A stretch of 64,000 bases of DNA from Octopus bimaculoides. Taxonomy: Eukaryota. The stretch covers positions 12,648,060 through 12,712,059 of the forward strand of contig NC_068996.1 in assembly GCF_001194135.2 (NCBI RefSeq). Direction: 5' to 3'. The translations under genes and the position numbers were made by a program. The notes under the pieces are model-generated. The model was not told the DNA's origin and ran no database searches. It saw nothing but the letters and a program-made list of their open reading frames with translations. Every line of letters starts with the position of its first letter. Positions within the stretch are counted from its first letter, which is position 1. Below are positions 11,936-24,867 of this stretch, piece after piece.

Positions 11936-12308
11936 ACAAGAGAACAAAAGCACTCAGAGAGTGTAAACCTCTGCCAAGGCAGCACCAACGTCCTCTCAAT
12001 GATTAACCAGAGATGATTTTTAAAACGAGAATATCTTAAATAAACTCAACTGCTTTCACAAATGAGAATACAAAAAATGAACCTGACTGCTCTCAAAATT
12101 GAGTAAAAAAAACACCGGAAAAATAATCCAGAATCCTTGTCCGGTACCAAATCGGTCCCAAAATCTAATCAATTTGTGCCAGTCATGAGGTCAAACATCC
12201 TTGAAAGTTTCATCTGAATCCATCCAGCAGTTCTTGAGATATCTTGTCCACGGACAAACAAACACAACTGAAAAAAAATACCTCTGCCTTTACTAAAGCA
12301 GAGGTAAT
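11936..12308. mobile_element. Non-autonomous Helitron/Helentron-like (HINE-type) element
   Basis: 5' subterminal AACCTCTGCCAAGGC and 3' hairpin ACCTCTGCC-TTTACTAA-AGCAGAGGT; no coding capacity. Classification rests on architecture only. Confidence 0.45.
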
Positions 12309-13561
12309 AATAATATTTTACAGATATACAAACAAGCTATAATGATTACAAAGTTCTCAGTACTAAAACTAGAGCAGTAATGCAAATATTGAGTAAAGCT
12401 TATCAAAATTCAGAAATACTATTTTACTGTAAAGTAAATAATTTTGGGTTATTTTACTCTCCCATTCAGCAATTTCATGTTTGTTGAATGTATAGGAAAA
12501 GACATTTTTAAGTATTTACCATTGTTATTCATTCGATATTATAAGCTGTGTATCTTGAAGCAAACAGGAAAGACTGTTTGACAAGAGAAGACGCAGCTTT
12601 ATGGTCAAACCTGTTATACTGTAAACTTGACAGTGTGCTAGTTTAATCTCATTTAGTTATGAGTTTGTGATCTTTCAGGTGTCTCTATTGGGTGTTTATA
12701 TTTCTACACCTTGGTTCCCGCTTCTTAATGCAATGAAGTTAGGGATGTTTATATGCACATGATGGTTGTTTCCACGTATTTGAGTATAGCTATTGTTTGA
12801 AGCATTTTGGAGTTGGTCTCGTGTGGGAGCAGCATGGATGTGACTTTTCAGGCTGGCAATTGACCTACACTCTTTGGTACAAATGTTATGTGTATGATTG
12901 CACCCCCACTCCACCTAACACCAACAACAACAACATCAGGTGCCCCTTGGTCATCATGTACATTATATATACATAAGTATACTCTTTTTGCTTGACTAAA
13001 AAGTCGGTGCTCCAGCTTCGCCACTGTCAAATTACTGAAACAAGTAAAAGAGTAAATAGTATATATATATATATATATTATATATATATATNNNNNNNNN
13101 NNNNNNNNNNNNNNNNNNNNNNNNNNNNNNNNNNNNNNNNNNNNNNNNNNNNNNNNNNNNNNNNNNNNNNNNNNNNNNNNNNNNNNNNNNNNNNNNNNNN
13201 NNNNNNNNNNNNNNNNNNNNNNNNNNNNNNNNNNNNNNNNNNNNNNNNNNNNNNNNNNNNNNNNNNNNNNNNNNNNNNNNNNNNNNNNNNNNNNNNNNNN
13301 NNNNNNNNNNNNNNNNNNNNNNNNNNNNNNNNNNNNNNNNNNNNNNNNNNNNNNNNNNNNNNNNNNNNNNNNNNNNNNNNNNNNNNNNNNNNNNNNNNNN
13401 NNNNNNNNNNNNNNNNNNNNNNNNNNNNNNNNNNNNNNNNNNNNNNNNNNNNNNNNNNNNNNNNNNNNNNNNNNNNNNNNNNNNNNNNNNNNNNNNNNNN
13501 NNNNNNNNNNNNNNNNNNNNNNNNNNNNNNNNNNNNNNNNNNNNNNNNNNNNNNNNNNNNN

Positions 13562-13604
<43 letters not shown>

Positions 13605-14502
13605 GATGGGTTTCTTTCAATTTCCGTCTACCAAACCCACTCACAAGGTTTTAGTTGGACATGCGTTATAGTAAAAGACACTTACCCAAGTTGCCCCTGC
13701 CCTAAAAAAATGCTTTCCAGCAATTGGCAGACCTAACCATGCCTCTATCGGTGAATATGTAGCTAAACTTACATTTGCTGTGATTGGCAGCTGATTGGTT
13801 AATTTAGCATTACGGCAATTGAGATGCAATAAAAATTACATGTCAAATTTGCCTTCATTGTTAGTCGATAAAAGTATAATCAGACAATTTCAGACAGCAT
13901 TAATGAACGTACATTTTCGTACAGACAAAAACACAACAGACACTCATACACACATGTACACTCATGATTTTTCATCAGGAAATATTTCTGTCTATGTGGA
14001 ACCGGCTGGGTGTGTATTGCTGTACATTATTTTTGGAAAGAGATAATACGGTAAAACAATTAGGTGTGGCTGTGACTATATGGTTCTGGGTTCAGTCCCA
14101 CTACTTGGCACCTTGGCCAACTGTCTTCTATTAAAGCCCTGGGCTGACTGAAGCCTTGTGGAGTAGATTTGGCAGATGAAATTAAAAAAAAATCTTCAAG
14201 GCAGTGTCCCACCATGTTCGGCTGCAGTCAAGTGACTGAAACAAGTAAAAGCTAAAGATCATCATCATCATCATCATCATTTAACATCTGCCTTCTATGC
14301 TAGCATGGGTTGGATGGTTTGACAGGAACCTGCACCAGGCTTCTGTGTCTGTTTTGGTAGGGTTTTTATAGCTGGATGCCCTTCCTAACACCAACCATTC
14401 AGCAGAGTGTGTGTGTGTGTATGTGTGTGTGTGTGGTGTGTGTATGGTGTGTGTTTGTATATGCATATATATGTGTATGAGTGTATATATGTGTGTGTGT
14501 GA

Positions 14503-14537
<35 letters not shown>

Positions 14538-15636
14538 CATATATGTGTGTATCTATATTTGTCTCCCATCACTGCTTGACAATTGGTGTTGGTTTGTTTA
14601 CATCCCTCTAATTTAATGGTTTGGGATAAGAGACTGATTAAATAAGTACCAGGCTTTGAAAAAATAAAAAAGATATGGTGGGGGTTGATTCGTTTGACTA
14701 AAACCTTCAAGGCAGTGCCTTTGCATGGCTGGCCACAGTTCAGTGATTGAATTAAGTGAAGGATAAAAGTAATATTTTGTGTATATAGTCTGTCCTTGCA
14801 TACAGAATTTCTTACCATGTATAGAAAGAGGGCCACAACAAAATATTACAAATTAACAGGGTGGGGAAGTATTGTCATTAAATTTGTAGGTATCCTTATA
14901 AAGGGGATATACAGAGTGGACACACACACACGTATGCCCACACAGATCCACATAAATGATAATTGCTCCGTCTTTATAGATGATCATCATCTCCTTGTGC
15001 TTCCTCATTGCCTATAGCACTTCTGACTTTCCATCCATGACATCTCAGGTGACTACTCTGTCTCCATTACAGGTCAGCATGGTTTGAAGCATAAACAACA
15101 GACACACGTTGTAACAAATTGTGCACTTCCAACTAGTTTGGTCTGCATACATGACCTGCATACATCGCCAAAAGACTTTCAGTTGATGGGAGGACAAATG
15201 AAGGGAACCAGAAAGAGAAATCTGTATATCATTGGATTATAGTGATAAACGCTTGTACGACACGAGTACCAGTCTCTGAGTCTCTTGTGATTAGTACCTA
15301 GTTACAAGCCGAAGTGAGATAACTAGTAATCACATGAAAGAACAGGTTTTACATCAGAGTGTTCTTATCTAGAAGAATGCCGTGACAGCAGTTAGGGCTC
15401 CCCTCACTCTCAGTGGTTTTACTGCATGCCGGATACCAACAAAAGGTATTTCTGCATTCCCATGCTGAAATGGAATGTCATCACCTATGCTAGTCAACCC
15501 ACAATTGTGACCCTGACAGGTGCAACAATGCCGGGTCAAAGTAGACTTGGGACAATAGTAAGAGATGGTTCCACACTCCTCAAAAATACATCCTGTTGTG
15601 GAGTTTTGATTTGTGACATGTACACACTTACGGATA

Positions 15637-15713
<77 letters not shown>

Positions 15714-15729
15714 TATACATATATATATA

Positions 15730-15829
15730 GCCTGGTGTTGCCATCCGGTTTCACCAGTCCTCAGTCAAATCGTCCAACCCATGCTAGCATGGAAAGCGGA
15801 CGTTAAACGATGATGACGATGATGATGAT
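15730..15829 (+). mobile_element. Young short 3' fragment of the RTE LINE, inside (TA)n
   Basis: ...CAACCCATGCTAGCATGGAAAGCGGACGTTAAACGATGATGA tail, homologous to the 3' end of the LINE at 25640-26968; (TA)n on both sides. Confidence 0.8.
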
Positions 15830-15837
15830 ATATATAT

Positions 15838-16091
15838 ATCTTCTTGTTTCAGTCATTTGACTGCAGTCATACTGGAGCAGTTCCGTGAATGGTTTTTGGT
15901 GGAACAAATCAAACCCACGATTTATTTTATTTTTTTTTAACGCCGAGTACTTATTCTGTCAGTTTTCTTTTGCTGAACTGCTATGTTACAGCGATGTAAA
16001 AACACCAACATCAGCTGTCAAGTGGTGGTCAGGGGTAAACACAGACACAGAGACACACACACATGGATAAAAACATACATACATATATATA

Positions 16092-16131
<40 letters not shown>

Positions 16132-16288
16132 ATGGACTTCTTTCAGTTTCCATCTACCAAATGCACTCACAGGACTTTGGTCATTCTGAGGCTGTACTAG
16201 AACACTTGGCCCTCTGCCATGCAGTAGGATTGAACCCAGAACTATGTGGTTGGGAAGCAAGCTTCTAACCACACAGCCACACCTGCAC
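15838..16288 (-). mobile_element. Family A SINE, full length
   Basis: Reverse complement of the 18122-18555 type. Confidence 0.8.
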
Positions 16289-16315
16289 CTAAACACACAC
16301 ATGCACACATATGTC

Positions 16316-16366
<51 letters not shown>

Positions 16367-16700
16367 ATATTGAGGGAGAGCTGGGACCCTAACAAGTGCT
16401 GTTATTTCGGGTCAGAGGAGACCTGAGAACGATTGTGGCTAAACAGGCTGTTCCACATTCTTCAAAGCCTTGGAACTCCAGCCCCACTACTGGTTGCAGT
16501 TTAAACTCATACCATGGACATATGCATGTATATGTACACATACACACACACACACACACAAACGTGTACACACTCATGCACACATATACATACATATGAT
16601 AGAGCTGTTGCTATTTATAGCTTGGATAAAAATCAGCATTTAGTCAAACTAATCAATAAGGCAACCTTGACCTACCAACACCTCTACAAATAGAGCGACT

Positions 16701-16733
<33 letters not shown>

Positions 16734-16964
16734 TTTCTCTCTCCCCCTCTCTCTTTCTTTCTCTCTTTCTCTCTCCACATACATATGTATATGCACATGC
16801 GCACACACACGCACACACATTCATTCATTCATTCAATTGTCTGGTTAATTATGTTTTCAATTGTTTATACACACATACACACACACACACTCACAGACAT
16901 ATAAAGAGAAAGATAGATGGATACATACATATATCTATGTGTGTGTGTGTCTGTGTACATGTAA

Positions 16965-17006
<42 letters not shown>

Positions 17007-17487
17007 NNNNNNNNNNNNNNNNNNNNNNNNNNNNNNNNNNNNNNNNNNNNNNNNNNNNNNNNNNNNNNNNNNNNNNNNNNNNNNNNNNNNNNNNNNNNNN
17101 NNNNNNNNNNNNNNNNNNNNNNNNNNNNNNNNNNNNNNNNNNNNNNNNNNNNNNNNNNNNNNNNNNNNNNNNNNNNNNNNNNNNNNNNNNNNNNNNNNNN
17201 NNNNNNNNNNNNNNNNNNNNNNNNNNNNNNNNNNNNNNNNNNNNNNNNNNNNNNNNNNNNNNNNNNNNNNNNNNNNNNNNNNNNNNNNNNNNNNNNNNNN
17301 NNNNNNNNNNNNNNNNNNNNNNNNNNNNNNNNNNNNNNNNNNNNNNNNNNNNNNNNNNNNNNNNNNNNNNNNNNNNNNNNNNNNNNNNNNNNNNNNNNNN
17401 NNNNNNNNNNNNNNNNNNNNNNNNNNNNNNNNNNNNNNNNNNNNNNNNNNNNNNNNNNNNNNNCTCCCTCCCTCTCTCTTTCCCCCC

Positions 17488-17567
<80 letters not shown>

Positions 17568-17569
<2 letters not shown>

Positions 17570-17722
17570 CATCATCATCGTTTAACGTCCGCTTTCCATG
17601 CTAGCATGGGTTGGACGATTTGACTGAGGACTGGTGAAACCGGATGGCTACAACAGGCTCCAATCTAATTTGGCAGAGTTTCTACAGCTGGATGCCCTTC
17701 CTAACGCCAACTACTCCGAGAG
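17568..17722 (-). mobile_element. Young short 3' fragment of the RTE LINE, inside (TA)n
   Basis: ATCATCATCGTTTAACGTCCGCTTTCCATGCTAGCATGGGTTGGACG...; near-identical copies at 22721-22867, 30315-30482 and 35319-35497. Confidence 0.8.
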
Positions 17723-18121
17723 TATATATTATATGTATGTATGTTTGTATCTATCCTTTACTTGTTTCAGTCATTGAACTGTGGCCATGCTGGGGTGCTA
17801 CCTTGAAGTGTTTAGTTGAACAAATCAACTCGTATACTTATATTTTCTCCTAAGTCTGGTGCTTATTCTATTGTCTCTTTTTGCCAAACTGTTACGGGTA
17901 CATAAACCAACACAGCTTGTCAAGTGGGGGACAAACACACACATACACACACACACATACACACACACACACACAAAAAAGATTACTCCCCAACCAAATG
18001 GTTCTGTGCTCAGTTCCACTGCATGGTATCTTAAGCAAGTGGTTTCTACTATATAGCCCAGAGCCAATCAAAGCCTTGTGAATGGATTTGGTTGAGAGAA
18101 ACTGAAAGAAATCTATCGTGT

Positions 18122-18286
18122 GGCGCAGGAGTGGCTGTGTGGTAAGTAGCTTGCTTACCAACCACATGGTTCCGGGTTCATTCCCACTGCGTGGCACCTT
18201 GGGCAAGTGTCTTCTACTATAGCCTCGGGCCGACCAAAGCCTTGTGAGTGGATTTGGTAGACAGAAACTGAAAGAAGCCCCTTGTA

Positions 18287-18330
<44 letters not shown>

Positions 18331-18555
18331 CGTGTGTATGTTTGTATGTCTGTGTTTGTCCTCTCAACATCGCTTGACAACCGATGCTGGTGTGTTTATG
18401 TCCCCGTAATTTAGCGGTTCGGCAAAAAAGATTGATAGAATAAGTACTAGGCTTCCAAAGAATAAGTCCTGGGGTCGATTTGCTCAACTAAAAGGCGGTG
18501 CTCCAACATAGCCGCAGTCAAATAACTGAAACAAGTAAAAGAGTAAAAGAGTAAA
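18122..18555 (+). mobile_element. Family A tRNA-derived SINE, best-preserved copy (~430 bp)
   Basis: Pol III A-box-like TGGCTGTGTGG, B-box-like GGTTCATTCCC, central (TA)n(TG)n and 3' GAGTAAAA repeats. Many full or partial copies occur across the window (roughly 20). Confidence 0.9.
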
Positions 18556-19364
18556 TATGTCTGTGTGTGTCGTTTTGTTTGTGTTTGTACTCCCACCACT
18601 GCTAGCCATCTGCTGTTGGTTTGTTTATGTCACTGCTACTTAGTGTTTCAACATAGGAGACTGAAAGAATATATATCAGGCTGGTGTCACTTCATTCAAC
18701 TTAGATTCTTCAAGGCAGTGCCCCAGCATGACCACAGTCTGGCGACTGAAATAAAGAAACGCTAAAAGATATACATTCATAAATAAAGAGAAAGATACCT
18801 ATACATAGTTATAAAAATACTTCTGTGCTTTTTTGTTTCTATGCACATATATTGTTGTTGGTGTGACTAAACTGCATCTGATCGTAGGGCTCTGATTCAG
18901 GAATTTCAGGATTTAAGGAGTGTGGAACCACCTCTTAGCCACTATTGTTCCGAGGTCCACTCTGAGCCAGAGTAGTTGCACCTGTCTGGCTCCTTGGTAT
19001 GGGTTAACTAGCATAGGTGATGACAGTCTGTTTGAGCATGGGGACATAGAAATACCCTTGATTGGTGTCATGGTGTACTGTAAAACCACTGGGAGTGAAA
19101 AACCTCTAGCTGTTGTCACAACATTCTTCAAGGTGAGGGACAGTCTGACAAACAATATATATTTGTGACAGAGGCAGTATTAATACTGAGAGGTAATATT
19201 TATCCCCACTCAAAAACGTGGATGTTCTGTGTGTGTGTGTGTATGTATATATATATATGTATATATCTATAAATAAATAATACATTATATATATATATAT
19301 NNNNNNNNNNNNNNNNNNNNNNNNNNNNNNNNNNNNNNNNNNATGCATATACTCATATATTGTT

Positions 19365-19401
<37 letters not shown>

Positions 19402-19426
19402 GTATATATCTATAAATAAATAATAC

Positions 19427-19468
<42 letters not shown>

Positions 19469-19552
19469 TATACATTATTTCTGTTCTCGAAATCAGTGAA
19501 TGTGTTGCACTTGAATTATTATATGTTTACAGAGGCAGAGAGGCATCGACAG

Positions 19553-19627
19553 CTAGCAAGCCATGCCACTCCGGACTGATGACGAGCAATGACTCAGAAA
19601 CTAGTCTCTGGATGCTGGCTCTGCTGG
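19553..19627 (+). ncRNA. Candidate type I hammerhead ribozyme
   Basis: TCCGGA-CTGATGA-C-GAG(CAATGA)CTC-A-GAAA-CTAG-TC^TCTGGA: intact core, 6-bp helix I, extended distal helix I, palindromic ACTAGT helix III and a GUC cleavage triplet. One C.A mismatch at the base of helix II. Confidence 0.6.
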
Positions 19628-21568
19628 GTGGAGGTGCTTATCTCCCCTTTGTAAACATAAAAACACAGGAAATGTATCAAGGCCAACAGGAAGCGGTGCT
19701 TCTTAGGGCTAAATAGCAGTAGTATTATTCCCTTTCATGGGACTGTTACATTAATTTGATAACACACCACCACTTTATAAATTTGTATATATACATATAT
19801 GTTTATATATATATATATTATATGGTTCAAATATACAGTAAACATACGACAAAGACAGCTGAGGGAACAACAAGCAGGTGTATTAGTTTGACACTTGGGA
19901 AAAATGGAAAAGTCTTTGATGTTTCGAGCCTTTGCTCTTTAACAGAAAAGGATGAGAGGAGCCAAAAGTTTGAAAAGTTCAGGAAGTTCGAGAAGTCATA
20001 GCTGATTGATATGATGCAAATCAACTACAGTGTACAGTAAGATCTATGATGGTAGACTCTGAGAAGTATAAGGTTAAGGTAGGCAAGATGAGAGTCTAAG
20101 AGAGGAGGAAGTTCAGTTATATTGTTACTCATTCCAGTCATTAGACTGCTACTGTTTTGAAGCACTGCGTTGATGTGCTTAGCCAAATAAATCAACTCCA
20201 GTACTTACTTTATTGGCCTTTTTTTGCCAAACTGCTAAGTTACAGGGATGTAAACAAACCAGTACAGGTTGTCAAGCGGCAGTAGTGGTAGACAAACGCA
20301 AAGACACACAAATATGTATTCACACACACACACATCTTATCTTTTACCTGTTTCAGTTATTAGATTATGGCTATACTAAGGTACCACCTTGAAGAACTTT
20401 TAGTCAAATGAATTGACCCCGGTACTTATTTTAAGTCTGGTACTTGTTCTATCAGTCTCTTTTACCAAACCACAAAGTTACAGGTACATAGACACACACC
20501 AACATTGGTTGTCAAGTGGTGGTGAGGGACAAACAGACACATGCACATGGACACACACACACACATACATTTTGTAGACTTTTTCAATTTCTCTCTACTA
20601 GATTCATTCACAGGCTTTGGTTGGCCTGAGGCTATAGTAGAAGACACTTGCTCAAGGTGCCACACAGTGGGACTGAACCCAGAACAATGTGGTTGGTTAG
20701 CAAACATCTTGCTACACAGCCAAACTTGCACCTATTCACTAACATACCATTTTATCTTTCATATATTTATTTTTATATTTATTTTCAAATTGTTATGGGT
20801 TTCAACAGATATTTTAATATGCTGACCATTTGAAAACACTCCTTTTTTCCACAATTTCTTACAACACCCTCCGTCCCTCATTTTGACATGCTTTCTTTTC
20901 TTTCTTTCTCTATTTATTCATTTTCTTTTTATTTTGTTTAAATATCTTTTTCTCACTCCTTTATATAGTTGTCCTGTTTTGTAGTTGTCTCCTTTCTTTA
21001 ATTACAATCTTGTCTCATTTCCCTCTCTCCTCATGTCCCTCTCTCCCCACGTCCCTCTCTCCCCACGTCCCTCTCTCCCCATGTCTCTCTCCCCCACGTC
21101 CCTCTCCCCCCACGNNNNNNNNNNNNNNNNNNNNNNNNNNNNNNNNNNNNNNNNNNNNNNNNNNNNNNNNNNNNNNNNNNNNNNNNNNNNNNNNNNNNNN
21201 NNNNNNNNNNNNNNNNNNNNNNNNNNNNNNNNNNNNNNNNNNNNNNNNNNNNNNNNNNNNNNNNNNNNNNNNNNNNNNNNNNNNNNNNNNNNNNNNNNNN
21301 NNNNNNNNNNNNNNNNNNNNNNNNNNNNNNNNNNNNNNNNNNNNNNNNNNNNNNNNNNNNNNNNNNNNNNNNNNNNNNNNNNTAAAATGTTCTTCACTTC
21401 AGCTTTGTCATTACTCTTATTTTAGAGTCCTTTTGTTTGAAACATTTCATGACACATCTTGTGACTTCTTCTGTGACTCTCCATCACATGTCTCCTCCTG
21501 TTCTGTCCAGAGTCATTGAAGAGGCCACAGGTTGTGTGACAAAAAGATTTCAGACAAAGGACACTAGA

Positions 21569-21640
<72 letters not shown>

Positions 21641-22435
21641 GTAATAATAATAATGAAGCTGAAGTGAAAAACGAGTATATAATATGTATGGTTAATTGAC
21701 TTATAAACTGTTTCACCGTCTATGTAGCTCCGGTCATTAGTTCTTTGTAATATAATGCAATAAAGTGATCCCTGATGAATCGCTGTTGTTAAGCATCCAA
21801 TTGCACTTTGAACGTCTAATGCAGAGTTCCAAACAACAACATCGGTGAAACGGATTTAGACAAGAAATGATATAAACCTGTGATTATCGTAATTTATCCT
21901 ATATTTGTTCCTTATATCACAACTAGTAATACTACCAAGTATAGTAGTAGCTTAACCACTTTACTGGAAGCAGACTGGATGATGATGATCTGTTTAGCTC
22001 TATATTTAACCATAGCAGTCAGTCATCTAATTGTACGCACACAATATACTACACAACACACACACACACATGCATGTGTTTGTGTGTGTGTGTATATATA
22101 TATATGTATATATNNNNNNNNNNNNNNNNNNNNNNNNNNNNNNNNNNNNNNNNNNNNNNNNNNNNNNNNNNNNNNNNNNNNNNNNNNNNNNNNNNNNNNN
22201 NNNNNNNNNNNNNNNNNNNNNNNNNNNNNNNNNNNNNNNNNNNNNNNNNNNNNNNNNNNNNNNNNNNNNNNNNNNNNNNNNNNNNNNNNNNNNNNNNNNN
22301 NNNNNNNNNNNNNNNNNNNNNNNNNNNNNNNNNNNNNNNNNNNNNNNNNNNNNNNNNNNNNNNNNNNNNNNNNNNNNNNNNNNNNNNNNNNNNNNNNNNN
22401 NNNNNNNNNNNNNNNNNNNNNNNNNNNNNNNNNNN

Positions 22436-22471
<36 letters not shown>

Positions 22472-23813
22472 TGCATACATACATTTACATATATATTTAT
22501 ATATACAGCAGGATTCTTTCAGTTTCTGTCTATCAAATGCACTCACAAGGCTTTGATCATCTCACGGTTATATAAGACAATTGCTCAAGGTGTTGAACCT
22601 GAAGCCACATGGCTGAGAAGCATGCTCTTCAATCACATAGCTATGTTTGTCCCTATCCACACCTGTGCCTATAGCCTCACCTATACATATACATACATAT
22701 ATAAATACATATATATATATATCATCATCATCGTTTAACGTCCGCTTTCCATGCTAGCATGGGTTGGACGATTTGACTGAGGACTGGTGCAACCGGATGG
22801 CTACACCAAGCTCCAATCTAATTTGGCAGAGTTTCTACAGCTGGATGCCCTTCCTAACGCCAACCACATATATATATATGTGCAAACAAATGTCTGTAAA
22901 GTATACAGACACTATCATTTTCTCTCCTTTCTTCTTTGGATGTTTGATGGTCAAAAAGAAGGTTTTTCCTTCTAACTGCTCTTGTCATAGTAGCCAAGTT
23001 GATGGAGATGCTGCCCAGAAGTACTCCAACTCATATGGAATTACTCTACATCATCAACTGCCTTATATAATAAGGATTATTCTCAAGAAACCACTTGACT
23101 GCCTGAACACATCTGTTAGGGAGCCCAAGTCAACCCCGAACAGAGTGCTGTTGATTCCTTTCTTTTGCTGGTGAATTATACAATCATTTTGTTGACTGTA
23201 GGCAAGAAGAATCCCAAGGTTTTGTGCAGTCTTACACTAGCTAAGTCCACCCTCAGATTCACCCTCTGGAAATCAGACAACTCTTTTGCTTCTTGTGTTA
23301 GTAGCAAAGCTAAAAACAATTCATATACTCCAATCTAAAATGAAAAATACATATATCAACAAATTTGAATTTCAGGTAGCATCTGAATAGAAAGAAACAG
23401 TATAATGAGGGGAGTCTATTTTTGAGATGTGTGTGTTTGTATAAACATACACACATATAAACATATACATGTCTGCAAATGAACTTCTCCAGTTGTTTTT
23501 CATTCAATCTTTTTTCTCTTTTACTTTGATTTTTTTTTGTTTTGATTTCTGAAAAACATACCATTATCATCACCATCATCATCTAACATCTGTTTCACAT
23601 GTTGGCAGGGTTTGGACAGTTTGACAAGAGCTGTCATGTCAGAAGACTGTGCCAAGCTCTATTGTCTGTATTGGCATGGTTTCTACAGTTTGATGCCCTT
23701 TCTAATGCCAACCACTTTACTGAGTGCACTAGATGTTTTTTTACATGGCACCAGCAACAGTGAGGTTACCAACTGACTTGCAAAATGACCGCTCGACTGA
23801 GGTGTATGTGTGT

Positions 23814-24048
23814 GGCGAGCTGACAGAAATGTTAGCATGCTGGGAGAAATGCTTAGCGGTATTTTATCTGCTGTTACGTTCTGAGTTTAAATTCCGCTGA
23901 GGTCGACTTTGCTTTTCATCCTTTCGGGGGTCGATAAATTAAGTTCCAGTTATGCACTGGGGTCGATGTAATCGACTTAATCCCTTTTTCTGTACTTGTT
24001 TTCCCCCTCTATGTTTAGCCCCTTGTGGGCAATAAAGAAATAAGAAAT
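23814..24048 (+). mobile_element. Family B SINE (central domain resembling the Meta/MESC SINE core)
   Basis: GGCGAGCTGACAGAA head, B-box-like GAGTTTAAATTCC and core TTTCATCCTTTCGGGGGTCGATAAATTAAGT; many copies in the window. Domain name is from memory of the consensus. Confidence 0.75.
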
Positions 24049-24830
24049 AGGTGTCTTGCTGTAGAGAAGATGTAAGGGTACTCCAGCTAGAGAGAGAGAT
24101 ATGACAGGGCTGCACTTAAGTTATAGGGAGGTGTAAATAAGTGAAGTGGAACCAGGTATGGGATTGGACGAGTGGGTGGGTGAGTTTGTGAGAATGTGAA
24201 AGGAGAATGGGAGGTGGGGGAGGAGGAATATAGTGAGTGGACACAAATAGAGAGAGGAGGTGTTAGGAGGTTATGCTGTGCAGAAGAGATCAAAAAAGGA
24301 CAAATAACGTGCTGGTAGGTTTGCAAGGGTGCAAAGAGAGAGTGGGGGATGGAAAGGAGAAGAGTGCAGCAAGTGGGGAATATGGGTGGAGGGAAGAGAG
24401 GGAGATGTTAGGAAGGTGGGTTGTTGGGGAGAGAAGTTTCTCGGAGACAGATTGTTTGCAGCGGATGTGGTCATGACATGATGGCCTCAATTTTTACTTA
24501 GCTAAGCAGGTTTTCTTAACCATAGTAAATCGCACTAATAAAGACAAAAATACTATGAAATAAATAAAAACAATTTTTTTTAAACTGTGATTTTTAAAGA
24601 AATCCTATTCAGTAATATTTATTTATGTTGTTTACTGAGAAAATGGAAAAACCATTTGCGAACGTGTTTAGAACTTTGTGCTTAATTGGGAAAGTTAGGT
24701 TGCGTGTAAGAAGAATACAAATCCTGTTGTATACAAAAAAGAATATTCTTTATTTGAATTGTTGCTGCTGTTGTTATTGCTGTTGGTCTTGGTGCTTGTT
24801 TAGCCCCAGGTCAGGTCTGATCACTCAAAG

Positions 24831-24867
<37 letters not shown>

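Noticed and set aside
12696-12914. C2H2-like peptide ICTKECRSIASLKSHIH
   Set aside because: It is a single degenerate finger resembling an RTE LINE C-terminus, not a zinc-finger gene array.
12992-13644. Long ORFs made of YI/IY repeats and X runs (also 16700-17623, 21880-22738, 25252-25682, 46904-47714)
   Set aside because: These are translations of (TA)n microsatellites and N-gaps, not genes.
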